64,000 nucleotides of DNA, from contig CM035357.1 of the NCBI GenBank assembly GCA_020137815.1, positions 186,001 through 250,000 on the forward strand, in the 5' to 3' direction. Each line of letters begins with the position of its first letter. Position 1 is the stretch's first letter. The position numbers and the translations under genes are program-made. The notes under the pieces are model-generated. The model ran no database searches. It saw only the letters and a list, made by a program, of their open reading frames with translations, and was not told the DNA's origin. Below, piece by piece: positions 1-23,402 of this stretch. Source of the stretch: Hormiphora californensis. Taxonomy: Eukaryota; Animalia; Ctenophora.

Positions 1-3000
1 CAAGAGTAGCAACAGCAGCCCCCGCCCCTACCTGTTTTCTAGTGTCGCAACAGCAGCCCCCGCCCCTACCTGTTTTCAAGAGTAGCAACAGCAGCCCCCG
101 CCCCTACCTGTTTTCAAGAGTAGCAACAGCAGCCCCCGCCCCTACCTGTTTTCTAGTGTGGCAACAGCAGCCCCCGCTCTACCTGTTTTCTAGTGTGGCA
201 ACAGCAGCCCCCGCCCTACCTGTTTTCTAGTGTGGCAACAGCAGCCCCCGCCCCTACCTGTTTTCAAGAGTAGCAACAGCAGCCCCCGCCCCTACCTGTT
301 TTCTAGTGTAGCAACAGCAGCCCCCGCCCCTACCTGTTTTCTAGTGTGGCAACAGCAGCCCCCGCCCCTACCTGTTTTCTAGTGTGGCAACAGCAGCCCC
401 CGCCCTACCTGTTTTCAAGAGTAGCAACAGCAGCCCCCGCCCTACCTGTTTTCTAGTGTGGCAACAGCAGCCCCCGCCCCTACCTGTTTTCTAGTGTGGC
501 AACAGCAGCCCCCGCCCCTACCTGTTTTCTAGTGTGGCAACAGCAGCCCCCGCCCCTACCTGTTTTCTAGTGTAGCAACAGCAGCCCCCGCCCCTACCTG
601 TTTTCTAGTGTGCAACAGCAGCCCCCGCCCCTACCTGTTTTCAAGAGTAGCAACAGCAGCCCCCGCCCCTACCTGTTTTCTAGTGTAGCAACAGCAGCCC
701 CCGCCCCTACCTGTTTTCTAGTGTAGCAACAGCAGCCCCCGCCCCTACCTGTTTTCAAGAGTAGCAACAGCAGCCCCCGCCCCTACCTGTTTTCTAGTGT
801 GGCAACAGCAGCCCCCACCCCTACCTGTTTTCTAGTGTAGCAACAGCAGCCCCCGCCCCTACCTGTTTTCTAGTGTCGCAACAGCAGCCCCCGCCCCTAC
901 CTGTTTTCTAGTGTGGCAACAGCAGCCCCCGCCCCTACCTGTTTTCTAGTGTGGCAACAGCAGCCCCCGCCCCTACCTGTTTTCAAGAGTAGCAACAGCA
1001 GCCCCCGCCCCTACCTGTTTTCAAGAGTAGCAACAGCAGCCCCCGCCCCTACCTGTTTTCTAGTGTAGCAACAGCAGCCCCCGCCCCTACCTGTTTTCAA
1101 GAGTAGCAACAGCAGCCCCCGCCCCTACCTGTTTTCTAGTGTAGCAACAGCAGCCCCCGCCCCTACCTGTTTTCTAGTGTAGCAACAGCAGCCCCCGCCC
1201 CTACCTGTTTTCTAGTGTAGCAACAGCAGCCCCCGCCCCTACCTGTTTTCTAGTGTTGCAACAGCAGCCCCCGCCCCTACCTGTTTTCAGTAGTAGCAAC
1301 AGCAGCCCCCGCCCCTACCTGTTTTCTAGTGTGCAACAGCAGCCCCCGCCCCTACCTGTTTTCTAGTGTAGCAACAGCAGCCCCCGCCCCTACCTGTTTT
1401 CTAGAGTAGCAACAGCAGCCCCCGCCCCTACCTGTTTTCTAGTGTCGCAACAGCAGCCCCCGCCCCTACCTGTTTTCTAGTGTAGCAACAGCAGCCCCCG
1501 CCCCTACCTGTTTTCTAGTGTAGCAACAGCAGCCCCCGCCCCTACCTGTTTTCTAGTGTGCAACAGCACCCCCCCCCCCCTACCTGTTTTAGTGTAGCAA
1601 CAGAGCCCCCCGCCCACCTTTTATGTGCAACAGCGCCCCCCCTCCTTTTTCTAGAACAACAGCACCCCCGCCCCTCTTTTCTAGTGTGGAACCAGCCCCC
1701 GCCCCACCTGTTTCAAGTAGCAACAGCAGCCCCCCCCCACCTTTTATAGGTGCAACAGCAGCCCCCACCCCTACTGTTTAGGGCAACACAGCCCCCCCCC
1801 TACTGTTTTCAAGAGTAGCAACAGCAGCCCCCCCCCTACCTGTTTTCAAGAGTAGCAACAGCAGCCCCCCCCCCCTGTTTTCTAGTGTCGCAACAGCGCC
1901 CCCCCCTCCCCGTTTTAAGGTGGCAACAGCGCCCCCCCCTCCCTTTTTTTAGGTGAAAAACACCCCCCGCCCCTTTACGTTTTCTAGTGTGCAAAAGCAG
2001 CCCCCCCCCCTCCGTTTTTGGGGCAACAGCACCCCCCCCGCCCCTACCTGTTTTCTAGTGTGGCAACAGCAGCCCCCGCCCTACCTGTTTCTTAGTGTGG
2101 CAACACTCAGCCCCCGCCCCTACCTGTTTTCTAGTGGTGTGGCGAAACAGCAGCCCCCGCCCTACCTGTTGTCTTCTAGTGTCGCAACAGAAGGCCCCCG
2201 CCTACATGTTTCAAGAGTAGCAACAGCAGCCCCCGCCCATACCTTGTTTCAAGAGGTAGCAACAGGCAGCCCCCGCCCCTACCTGTTTTCTAGATGTAGG
2301 CAACAAGCAGCCGCCCATACCCCCCTACCTGTTTTCTAGTGTGGCAACAGCAGCCCCCGCCCCCCCTACCTGTTTTCTAGTGTAGCAACAGCAGCCCCCG
2401 CCCCTACCTGTTTTCAAGTGTGGCAACAGCAGCCCCCGCCCCTACCTGTTTTCTAGTGTAGCAACAGCAGCCCCCGCCCCTACCTGTTTTCTAGTGTGGC
2501 AACAGCAGCCCCCGCCCCTACCTGTTTTCAAGAGTAGCAACAGCAGCCCCCGCCCCTACCTGTTTTCTAGTGTGGCAACAGCAGCCCCCACCCCTACCTG
2601 TTTTCTAGTGTAGCAACAGCAGCCCCCGCCCCTACCTGTTTTCAAGAGTAGCAACAGCAGCCCCCGCCCCTACCTGTTTTCAAGAGTAGCAACAGCAGCC
2701 CCCGCCCCTACCTGTTTTCTAGTGTCGCAACAGCAGCCCCCGCCCCTACCTGTTTTCTAGTGTGGCAACAGCAGCCCCCGCCCCTACCTGTTTTCTAGTG
2801 TGGCAACAGCAGCCCCCGCCCCTACCTGTTTTCTAGTGTGGCAACAGCAGCCCCCGCCCCTACCTGTTTTCTAGTGTAGCAACAGCAGCCCCCGCCCCTA
2901 CCTGTTTTCAAGAGTAGCAACAGCAGCCCCCGCCCCTACCTGTTTTCTAGTGTGGCAACAGCAGCCCCCGCCCCTACCTGTTTTCTAGTGTAGCAACAGC

Positions 3001-5018
3001 AGCCCCCGCCCCTACCTGTTTTCAAGAGTAGCAACAGCAGCCCCCGCCCCTACCTGTTTTCAAGAGTAGCAACAGCAGCCCCCGCCCCTACCTGTTTTCT
3101 AGTGTCGCAACAGCAGCCCCCGCCCCTACCTGTTTTCTAGTGTAGCAACAGCAACCCCCGCCCCTACCTGTTTTCTAGTGTCGCAACAGCAGCCCCCACC
3201 CCTACCTGTTTTCTAGTGTGGCAACAGCAGCCCCCGCCCCTACCTGTTTTCTAGTGTCGCAACAGCAGCCCCCGCCCCTACCTGTTTTCTAGAGTAGCAA
3301 CAGCAGCCCCCGCCCCTACCTGTTTTCTAGTGTCGCAACAGCAGCCCCCGCCCCTACCTGTTTTCTAATGTGGCAACAGCAGCCCCCACCCCTACCTGTT
3401 TTCAAGAGTAGCAACAGCAGCCCCCGCCCCTACCTGTTTTCAAGAGTAGCAACAGCAGCCCCCGCCCCTACCTGTTTTCTAGTGTGGCAACAGCAGCCCC
3501 CGCCCCTACCTGTTTTCAAGAGTAGCAACAGCAGCCCCCGCCCCTACCTGTTTTCTAGTGTGGCAACAGCAGCCCCCGCCCCTACCTGTTTTCTAGTGTG
3601 GCAACAGCAGCCCCCGCCCCTACCTGTTTTCTAGTGTGGCAACAGCGGCCCCCGCTCTACCTGTTTTCTAGTGTGGCAACAGCAGCCCCCGCTCTACCTG
3701 TTTTCTAGAGTAGCAACAGCAGCCCCCACCCCTACCTGTTTTCTAGTGTAGCAACAGCAGCCCCCACCCCTACCTGTTTTCTAGTGTGGCAACAGCAGCC
3801 CCCGCCCCTACCTGTTTTCAAGAGTAGCAACAGCAGCCCCCACCCTACCTGTTTTCTAGTGTGGCAACAGCAGCCCCCGCCCCTACCTGTTTTCTAGTGT
3901 GGCAACAGCAGCCCCCGCCCTACCTGTTTTCTAGAGTAGCAACAGCAGCCCCCGCCCCTACCTGTTTTCTAGTGTGGCAACAGCAGCCCCCGCCCCTACC
4001 TGTTTTCAAGAGTAGCAACAGCAGCCCCCACCCCTACCTGTTTTCAAGAGTAGCAACAGCAGCCCCCACCCCTACCTGTTTTCTAGTGTGGCAACAGCAG
4101 CCCCCGCCCTACCTGTTTTCTAGTGTGGCAACAGCAGCCCCCGCCCCTACCTGTTTTCAAGAGTAGCAACAGCAGCCCCCGCCCCTACCTGTTTTCTAAT
4201 GTGGCAACAGCAGCCCCCGCCCCTACCTGTTTTCTAGTGTGGCAACAGCAGCCCCCGCCCCTACCTGTTTTCAAGAGTAGCAACAGCAGCCCCCACCCCT
4301 GCCTGTTTTCTAGTGTCACAACAGCAGCCCCCGCCCCTACCTGTTTTCTAGTGTAGCAACAGCAGCCCCCGCCCCTACCTGTTTTCTAATGTAGCAACAG
4401 CAGCCCCCGCCCCTACCTGTTTTCTAGTGTGGCAACAGCAGCCCCCACCCCTACCTGTTTTCTAGTGTGGCAACAGCAGCCCCCGCCCCTACCTGTTCTC
4501 TAGTGTGGCAACAGCAACCCCCGCCCCTACCTGTTTTCTAGTGTGGCAACAGCAGCCCCCGCCCTACCTGTTTTCTAGTGTAGCAACAGCAGCCCCCACC
4601 CCTACCTGTTTTCTAGTGTAGCAACAGCAGCCCCCGCCCCTACCTGTTTTCTAGTGTAGCAACAGCAGCCCCCGCCCTACCTGTTTTCTAGTGTGGCAAC
4701 AGCAGCCCCCGCTCTACCTGTTTTCTAGTGTCGCAACAGCAACCCCCGCCCCTACCTGTTTTCTAGTGTGGCAACAGCAGCCCCCGTCCCTACCTGTTCT
4801 CTAGTGTTGCAACAGCAACCCCCGCCCTACCTGTTTTCAAGAGTAGCAACAGCAGCCCCCGCCCCTACCTGTTTTCTAGAGTAGCAACAGCAGCCCCCGC
4901 CCTACCTGTTTTCTAGTGTGGCAACAGCAGCCCCCGCTCTGCCTGTTTTCTAGTGTTGCAACAGCAGCCCCCGCCCCTACCTGTTTTCTAGTGTTGCAAC
5001 AGCAGCCCCCGCCCCTAC

Positions 5019-15692
<10,674 letters not shown>

Positions 15693-15869
15693 TTGTGGTG
15701 ATATATGCTACATTCTACAAGGCATTGGTAGTTATTTGATAGCTTTAAAATTGCTATTGATCACTAGACAGTGGACCATGGAGGAAAACAAAAATTAAAA
15801 CTTTCAAATTTTCTTTTTTGGAAAAAATCAGGATCCGAAACGATTTTTTTTTTTTTTTTTTGAAAATTC

Positions 15870-16015
15870 ACTAACCCCAACACCGATTGGTATCACTTTC
15901 CAACAGCCGAAGAGAAGCTGCCGAAGAGAGAAAGGGGGTAACCATATGAAGAGTTAATCGCGATGAGTCTCATTCACATTGGGTTCGATAATTTGCCCCC
16001 GGTGTTGGGGTTAGT
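15870..16015. mobile_element. Small inverted-repeat element (MITE-like)
   Basis: 16-bp perfect inverted repeat ACTAACCCCAACACCG / CGGTGTTGGGGTTAGT. Absent from copy 2. Confidence 0.5.
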
Positions 16016-16058
16016 AATAAATAAATCTTAAAATCACTCAAATATTACTATACATAAA

Positions 16059-17179
16059 TCCATATAATAATTTCCAAAATGTTAGTCCGATAATTGTTTT
16101 CTCCCTACTCCTCCTACAGTTTTTGAGCTAGACCCCTGAAAATTTGTACACTGGTACTTTGGACCAAGGCGGGTGTAAGTACGGGCTCAGATTTTTGATC
16201 CGATCTTTACAGCAGTGACGTCACGGGGTGACGTCATTGCGCCAAAAAGACTTACATTTTTCAAACGCTTCTAAGACCCTGAAAACGGCTCTAAATCAAA
16301 AAACTAACGCAATAGTGGGGAAAGAGAATCGTTTGAACTTCATTTTACATGATAGCGATTTCCCGTAACTCAATGTTTAAGGGTCGTAAATCGCGTCGGG
16401 AAAGTTAAAAATGCCAAAAATACGATATTTTTCACCGTAGCCACCCAAAATCTTATCCAATCGATATGAAACTTGGTCGTTATGTGAACTTTAATGTCCT
16501 TTGGCCAGGGGTTCCCGGAAAACGGATTGGCAAGATGAGAACTGACCGGAGTTCTTATAATTCTAAATTCACGAATTTGGAATTTTTCGTCGACTTTTTT
16601 TGGCGACATAAAACGCGAGGAAATTTTCAATGAATTTTAAAATTTTACACTGCTGCGCGTAATTCTAGGTTCCGCGCGCGGCGTAAAAAAGCAGCGCTTT
16701 TTTGGGAAAATTCGCGCGTTACAGTAAATGATTTACCCGCCTCGCCAAAATTGTAATGGCCGTTTTTTCAAAAACCCAAGGTGTATGATATAGTAGGAGC
16801 GGTTAGATCACCACGTGGTTAAAGTCGCATGCCACCCCTTTTTGCGCATTGTCATAGCTCCTCGAGGTCGCATCCAATCATTATCAAGAAATGTCCCTCA
16901 AGTTTTCGCTTCTCCTTGAGGAGATCTACAGGTTTGATGAAGGTCACTTTTGGATTGGATGCAAAATGAAGCCGTGAGAGTAACCTGAGATTAGGGTGGC
17001 GCGCGACTTTCTGCACGTGCTGATCTAACCGCTCCTACTATGAGACTCATTGCTCTAAGGAACAAACAAATTATCTTTTAAAAATCAAACACAAATGTCA
17101 CCGGTTATATGAGGATAAATTACCATTTACCAGGTCACGGGTTCCCAGCAAACGGGTTCCCAGCAAACGGGTACTCTAG
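16059..17179 (+). mobile_element. Non-autonomous Helitron-like element
   Basis: A|TC start and CTAG|T end, preceded by a GC-rich short hairpin (CCCAGCAAACGGG). No TSD. Absent from copy 2. Confidence 0.6.
16791..17040. mobile_element. MITE nested in the Helitron-like element
   Basis: TIRs TAGTAGGAGCGGTTAGATCA.CACGTG / CACGTG.TGATCTAACCGCTCCTACTA. Confidence 0.75.
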
Positions 17180-17379
17180 TAAATAAAATCTCACACATGT
17201 TTCAAATATTGAAGTCCATGTTTTCCAATCCTGTTGGGGCGTACTTTGTACGGCATCCTCTCAGCGACCTCAGGGTGGCTACCAGTAGACAGAATCTGAG
17301 CCGCCTTCTGATTGCCGCCAAAGCCTCACTGTAGATTTCTCCGTGTTTGTTTTCAATAAGTTTGGCTGTCTTCTTAATC

Positions 17380-17652
17380 GGAAAACGTTAAAATCTGGGT
17401 GCCTTTCATTGCTAACAATTCGTAGTTTTGGCGCGCGCGACGGGTTAGGGCTATCCGTTAGGGTCTGGTTAGGGTTTGGTTTGGGGTTATCGGTTAGGGC
17501 TATCGATTCTCTATCAGTTGCCGTTTAGTTTACTCAAATTGGCCATGTGGTTGCGTGGCTATAGCCGTTGGAAAAAAGTCGGTCTAAGTGTACTCTTTTG
17601 GCAGCGCGCACCTGTAAACACGCTGCAAGGCACCCAGATTATAATCGCGCCC
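17380..17652. mobile_element. MULE-like MITE with 9-bp TSD and internal TTAGGG-like repeats
   Basis: GG...CC ends, TIR core CGTTAAAATCTGGGTG/CACCCAGATT, flanked by TTCTTAATC / TTCTTAGTC. Same family as 33285-33533. Confidence 0.7.
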
Positions 17653-18248
17653 TTCTTAGTCCATTTTTTTCAACTGTTCACCCCCCAAAGTCGTGCGCGG
17701 AATTGTTTTGCGCGTTTATCACATGTTAACGTGTAGCGCGCGCAGCGTAAATTAAAATATCTCACGCGCACGAGTTGAGGGGTGAACAGTTGAATAAAAA
17801 TGGACTTTAATCGCTTTGTCCATTTCAGGGCCAACACCGAAACGATTGATTTTTCAAATTTACTTCCTGCGCGGCGCAAATACGCAGCGCAGTTTTTGGA
17901 TAAAATTCGCGCGTTACAAACTGCGCCATACAGAAAAAAGAATCCAAGTTCAAACTTCAAGTTCAAACTTTGAAAACTTTTGATTTTTTTTCATTTTTGT
18001 TTTTGAGTCCGGGAAATAGAAGGAGGGTTCTTCAGTCCACTGGTGATCAGCACAACCGGGGGACTTGCCAAGGAGTTTACCAAAGTGGTCAAACACATTG
18101 CGGAACTGAAGGCAAACAGATCAGGAAACAGTCATGGCGACTGCATCAGATCTTCTTCATCTTCTTCAAAATAGTTTGACCAGTCATGTCGAGACATCCA
18201 CATTATAAATAAACGCTTCAGCCTCTCTGAACTCATTCGGCTTTGCAA

Positions 18249-21206
18249 CTAGAAGTCCGTGCCCCGGCTCAGGGCATAGTCCAACAAGGAGTTTCCATGA
18301 ACACACGAGTACCCCCTGGTTGGTGGTCTATCAGCAATGCCCCTGAGGTACCCTCCCAGTACAACCTTGAGTTCATCGATATTCCCGGCGTCCTTGACAC
18401 ATTTAGGAAGAGTGTTCCATAGTTTCGCCCCAAGAACCGAAAAAGAGTTTTCAAACATAGTGGACGCCGACCTTTGTGCCCCATGATTGAATTTTGGGAT
18501 CACTGCCCGTGCCCCGTAACGAGGGGTGTCCTTGAAATCAAAACCGGGTCCGTTTGGGGCTAGTCCCTTACAGATTTTGAACATGTGGATAAGGACATAG
18601 CGCTCCCTGCGCCTCTGCAGGGACTGTAAATCAAGGAAAGCAAGTCTCTCCCAGTAGTCCAAGTTTTGACACCCTAGGATACGCCTGGTGAAATTTCGCT
18701 GCACCTGCTCCAATTGGGCAATTTCACCAACCGATGACGGGTTCCAGACTGCAGAACAATATTCCAGGATTGGGCGAACAAGTGTTTTGTAAAGAGTCAT
18801 CATTACCTTAACTGATCTGCATTTGAACGCCCCCAGAATCCAGTTTGCAACCCTTGATGCCGATGCAGATACCTTTTCGATCTGTGGCTTCCACGACCCA
18901 TCCTCTGACAGGAGAACACCAAGATCCTTTACAACCGGGGAAGATGTCAAACATACTCCACTAGGGGTCTCATAAGAGAGATAGCCCGCTGTAAAAGGAA
19001 GCTCCCGCATTAAGTTGTTGGAGCGTGGTGAATAACGCACCAGCTCAAACTTATCGTCGTGGAGTGTCATGTTGTTTAACACCGACCAATCCACCACGTT
19101 ACACAGATCCTCCTGTAGATTTGCATGATCTAGGATTCCTCTGATAACTTTAATGATCTTCGTATCATCGGCAAAAGTCAAAGCATCCGAAAAACTCAGG
19201 GATGATTCAAGGTCAATGACATAGACCAAGAAAAGTACGGGCCCCAGGACACTCCCCTGCGGGACACCGCTTAAAACCTCTTTGAAGCTCGAGAAAACCT
19301 GGTCAACAGTAACAGTCTGAACACGATCCTGTAAAAAGTTCTTGATCCACTCCAGCAGTTTTCCTGACACACCATATTTCTCCAATTTGGACACTAAGAC
19401 CCTGTGATCGACCTTGTCAAACGCCTTTTGATAGTCTAGATAGATCACATCGACCTCATCACCATCACTTACTGCACGCAAAACCCGGTCGAGATGTTCT
19501 ATAAGCTGGGTCAAACAGCTACGGTTTCTCCTAAAACCATGTTGCGACTCATTCAAGATACCACACGTCTCGAAGTGGGTAATGAGCCCTGCACGTACCA
19601 CTCTCTCAAAGCATTTGATGATATTTGACGTCAGCGATACAGGCCTGTAGTTGCCAACCTCGGATCGGGAACCCTTCTTGAAAATTGGAGTGATGAATTG
19701 TCGCTTAAGACAGCTAGGGACAACACCCCGATTAAAGGAATCCCTCCACAGCAAAAACAGAGGGTACGACAAAGCTGATCGGCACCGGTGGAGTATGCAT
19801 GATGGTATATCCCCCGGTGGGCCAGCAGAGAAGGGATCGAGCAGCTTGAGAGCTGCCTCGATAGAAGATGGAGTGAATTCGATGTCAGATAAAGTTGGTC
19901 CTGCAAAGGATATACTCCCTACTGCATCTTCCACCACGACTCGTCCGGGATCACTGAAGACTGATAGATACTGTTCCTGTAGTAATTCGGCCTTTTCCCC
20001 AGGATCCTCTGCCAGAGTCCCATCCGCCCTTTTCAAAGGAGGAATACGTGACTTTGTTTTCCTCCTATCATTTGTGTAAGTCCAGAAAAATTTAGGGTTG
20101 CTCCTAATAATCTCCACAGCACGCTGTTCCTCCTGGTCCATTCGCCTGTTAAGATAGTACCTGATTTCCAGGGCCACTCTCGCAACTCGCCTCTCCAACT
20201 TTGCAATATGCCCAGCATATGAGTTGGCATTCTTTGCCTTGGAGATTTCCCGGTTTAACTTTTTCTGCTTCTTCTTTAGCCGTTTCAGCATTGGGTCTTT
20301 CCTCGCAATACCACGTCTCTTGACCTTGGCATACCGAGATACGATCTGCAAAATCACCTCTGAAATCCGCTTTACAATGTCCGACCCGTCTCCGTCTCTG
20401 CAGCAGTCATCCAGGACACCGTCCCAGTCTACACCTTGTAGTTCGGTATTGACTGCCTCGAAGTCAGCAGAATGGATATCAAGTCCAGCGAAGCCCTGCA
20501 TATTCCTCGCTGGCCTCCCCCTGACCGGCTCAAGCCCAAATCCCAGCACACACTGGACAACTGAATGGTCAGAGATTTTAAGGTCCTCCACCCCAACTGA
20601 AGCACAATACTCCTCCCTGTTAGTGAGTATGATATCCAAAGTATTCTCCCCTCTAGTAGGTTCGTGCACCATTTGAGATAGAAAGTATTTATCCCCAAAC
20701 TCCAAAAGCTCCGACTCCCTTGAGTCTAAGGAAAAATGTGTTGACCAGTTAATACCCGGGCAGTTGAAATCCCCCAGAATGTAAACGTCGGGAAAGACCT
20801 GGTCAGATGAGTGTTTTTCGATGAAGGTTTGTAGCCGGTGAAGGATCGAAGACATTTGGGAACCTGGGGCCCGATAGACAGATGCCAGCACCATGTGTGA
20901 TTCTGCAACGTAGGCTGCAGCAATGTTGGACCAACTGTCACTCCAAATATATTCATCCGTGGGTGTCACTCTCTGGTTCAAGTAGAGTGCACATCCACCT
21001 CCCTTACGGGACTTCCTATCGCTCCTAACTACTGAAAAACCAGGTATTTCTACCTGGGCCTCGGCAAACTCCTCTTTCCACCAAGTCTCCGTTACGGCTG
21101 CTGCCAAAACAGGAACAGAGGAGTTGCTTACCATATCAGTCAAATAAGAGAGTTTCCATCGACAATCACTCGTGGCAGCGGGAGTTAGACTCCTGGCGTT
21201 GAGCAA
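18249..21206 (-). CDS. LINE ORF2: APE endonuclease plus reverse transcriptase
   Basis: Endonuclease motifs LNARSL, VTETW, GDFN and SDH. RT motifs YRPVSLTS, QHGF, DYQKAFD, GVPQGSVLGP, FADD and KDLGV. CR1-like C-terminus (YWERL..LDLQSLQRRR). Confidence 0.95.
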   Translation of the reverse strand: MLNARSLTPAATSDCRWKLSYLTDMVSNSSVPVLAAAVTETWWKEEFAEAQVEIPGFSVVRSDRKSRKGGGCALYLNQRVTPTDEYIWSDSWSNIAAAYVAESHMVLASVYRAPGSQMSSILHRLQTFIEKHSSDQVFPDVYILGDFNCPGINWSTHFSLDSRESELLEFGDKYFLSQMVHEPTRGENTLDIILTNREEYCASVGVEDLKISDHSVVQCVLGFGLEPVRGRPARNMQGFAGLDIHSADFEAVNTELQGVDWDGVLDDCCRDGDGSDIVKRISEVILQIVSRYAKVKRRGIARKDPMLKRLKKKQKKLNREISKAKNANSYAGHIAKLERRVARVALEIRYYLNRRMDQEEQRAVEIIRSNPKFFWTYTNDRRKTKSRIPPLKRADGTLAEDPGEKAELLQEQYLSVFSDPGRVVVEDAVGSISFAGPTLSDIEFTPSSIEAALKLLDPFSAGPPGDIPSCILHRCRSALSYPLFLLWRDSFNRGVVPSCLKRQFITPIFKKGSRSEVGNYRPVSLTSNIIKCFERVVRAGLITHFETCGILNESQHGFRRNRSCLTQLIEHLDRVLRAVSDGDEVDVIYLDYQKAFDKVDHRVLVSKLEKYGVSGKLLEWIKNFLQDRVQTVTVDQVFSSFKEVLSGVPQGSVLGPVLFLVYVIDLESSLSFSDALTFADDTKIIKVIRGILDHANLQEDLCNVVDWSVLNNMTLHDDKFELVRYSPRSNNLMRELPFTAGYLSYETPSGVCLTSSPVVKDLGVLLSEDGSWKPQIEKVSASASRVANWILGAFKCRSVKVMMTLYKTLVRPILEYCSAVWNPSSVGEIAQLEQVQRNFTRRILGCQNLDYWERLAFLDLQSLQRRRERYVLIHMFKICKGLAPNGPGFDFKDTPRYGARAVIPKFNHGAQRSASTMFENSFSVLGAKLWNTLPKCVKDAGNIDELKVVLGGYLRGIADRPPTRGYSCVHGNSLLDYALSRGTDF

Positions 21207-22651
21207 AACAAGTTTTGAGACCGTCTTATTATGTCCCCGTATGACACGTTTCTGCTCATCGGCGTGGAGCCCGCGGGTGTTCCCTTTGCCGTCAGTGCCG
21301 GGGAGCTGCGATGTCGGAATCGTTCCAGTTCCCCGGGTGGGCTGAGGACCGCACGGATCTCTGCCATTTCCTCCCTGAGTAGTTTCTTCATAACTCCCAG
21401 CATCTCTTCCATCATCCCATCCCGAAGGGTACCCATGGTAGTCAATAGAAAATCCTGGTCTACCAGACCCGTTTTCGTGTTGTTGCCGTTCTTGTTGGGT
21501 TTCGGTTTGGGATCGGCCTTCTTCTGGGTTTTGCTGTTACTGGATGTTCCGGCGTTCCCCTTGTCCAGATCAGTAACTACAGGTGGGGTAAGTTTCCTAC
21601 GAGTGTTTTTCAAATGGATCCTATCACAATCAGGGTCAAGACACTGTCTCTTGGTCTCCGAGTTCCTACAAATAGGAGGGTGGAAATATTTACAGTCTTT
21701 GCCCTTGGAGCAGCCCCCTCTTTTGATGGTTCCATGTGATAAGTATCTGGTACAAGAAACTGGGTGATTCTTCGAGCAGGCGACCCCGTTTACGAGTTTA
21801 TCACCTTTTCTCCCGTGAGGGCAAGCCTTCTTCTTATACGCCTCACATACATTTTCAAACTTGGGGCTGGATTTTCTTGACTTCTTATCGTCCTTTTCCT
21901 CGCTCTTATTCTCATCCTGAAGTACCTCATCAGGAACAGAATCCTTCCCCTCTAGTTTGAGTGTCAGATCCCGGCGATTTGGCAGGTTGTCACCTCCAAT
22001 TACCGGCGTGATCGCTTCCTCATCGATCGGGGCTTTCTTCTTTCTTCCACGTTTTCCTTTCTTCTCTTGGACCGGACTGATCTTGTCCTGAAATTCAGTG
22101 TCCGAACTCTCTCCATCTGCAGCCGCCTTATCGTCTGATTCCCCGTAAGTGTAACCTGGGAAAGCCTCAAGACGATTTTTACGAGCACAGGGATGGCATA
22201 ACCAAGAAAGCCCTGGCACCTCCACGTTCAGTTTCTCCAGTGCTTCGTATGCCTCCAAGAAAGGATCGCAGTCGTGGCTGCCTTGTCCACACACTCTGCA
22301 TCTCATCTTTGGTTCGGATAGTCTATCAACTTGATATTCCTTACCACAGGAGCCGCAGTCATACACAAACAAAACGGATATGTTCATGATAACCCACTCT
22401 GCCAGTGTTGTCCGTGAACCATATCGCTTCCTTCCATCAATCAAGGGCTTCAACCCGAGTAGGGTGCATGCCGCGACAAGGGCTTTCTCCGGGAGTTTCC
22501 GCAAGGTATCCAAGTTACCCTCAAACGAGCCCTCAAGATCATACGCGTTGAGAACTTTCAAAGCGTTGGGATTGTTGACGGCTAGGTTTAGTAGTTCCCC
22601 TAGGATAATGTCATTTTCCTTGAGATTTCCGGTAGACATGGACATAGCCAT
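21185..22651 (-). CDS. LINE ORF1 with PHD-like finger and CCCH zinc fingers
   Basis: 488-aa ORF with CGSC..CRVCGQGSHDC..WLCHPC and CSKGKDCKYFHPPIC..C..C..H. It lies immediately 5' of ORF2. Confidence 0.85.
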   Translation of the reverse strand: MAMSMSTGNLKENDIILGELLNLAVNNPNALKVLNAYDLEGSFEGNLDTLRKLPEKALVAACTLLGLKPLIDGRKRYGSRTTLAEWVIMNISVLFVYDCGSCGKEYQVDRLSEPKMRCRVCGQGSHDCDPFLEAYEALEKLNVEVPGLSWLCHPCARKNRLEAFPGYTYGESDDKAAADGESSDTEFQDKISPVQEKKGKRGRKKKAPIDEEAITPVIGGDNLPNRRDLTLKLEGKDSVPDEVLQDENKSEEKDDKKSRKSSPKFENVCEAYKKKACPHGRKGDKLVNGVACSKNHPVSCTRYLSHGTIKRGGCSKGKDCKYFHPPICRNSETKRQCLDPDCDRIHLKNTRRKLTPPVVTDLDKGNAGTSSNSKTQKKADPKPKPNKNGNNTKTGLVDQDFLLTTMGTLRDGMMEEMLGVMKKLLREEMAEIRAVLSPPGELERFRHRSSPALTAKGTPAGSTPMSRNVSYGDIIRRSQNLFCSTPGV

Positions 22652-23402
22652 AGTTACATCCGACTTCGCCTAAGCTTCTCGATGGTCAGAAGTGTCACCC
22701 TTTCGATCCGTGGTTTCCGTGGGAAAAAGGCTGAAGCTACATCTGACGATCTGTGGAACATGAGAGTGTGTGCGTACTGCGTAGTCAATGAACAATTGTT
22801 TGTAATTTATTATCTTATTCCGTGATAGCGCAAGAGCGCATTTATTTAAATAACAACTGAGAACTCTCAGCATCAAAGATTGATTACGGGAGTGCTCTCC
22901 CCCCAAAAAAAAATTTTTGTTTTTGACATTGTTAGGCCAGATGCATGCGGCTTCTTTTAATATAATTTTATTCATTTTTTCCCTCTCATTTTTCCCTGCC
23001 CTGCTGAATGCCCGAAGGGGATTCCCCCAGATGATCGTCTTGGCACGCACAGCCAGCAGCCCCGCATATACGCGCCCCGCCACCCTCATCAAAACGCTGT
23101 GCACTGACCTGGCCAGTCTGACCACGCTGCAGGTGGCGCTGTGGTCTGTGCAGGTGCAGCCAATATGACGGAGCACCACTGACGGGCATTGAGAATTGAA
23201 TGGTTAAATGTCTTATTTCAATTTGCCAGTATGTACTTTAGTTTGAACTGTGGACATCACCATGCTTTGTAGTGATGACATTCAGCAAGTAAAGAACTAT
23301 GGGAGACCTTGGTGACATTAGCAGCGCTATGGACTCTCAACATACGACTTTAAACCGTTCAAATTCGCATCGTGTTTTAAAACAATTATCAGAAAATTAA
23401 AA

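Larger units (their letters stand above)
18010..22900 (-). mobile_element. Full-length CR1-clade-like non-LTR retrotransposon (boundaries approximate)
   Basis: Two long intact overlapping ORFs. Absent from the copy-2 intergenic region. Confidence 0.9.

Noticed and set aside
19631-22673. Several antisense or overlapping ORFs within the LINE
   Set aside because: They are shadow ORFs of the long LINE coding frames with no recognisable motifs.
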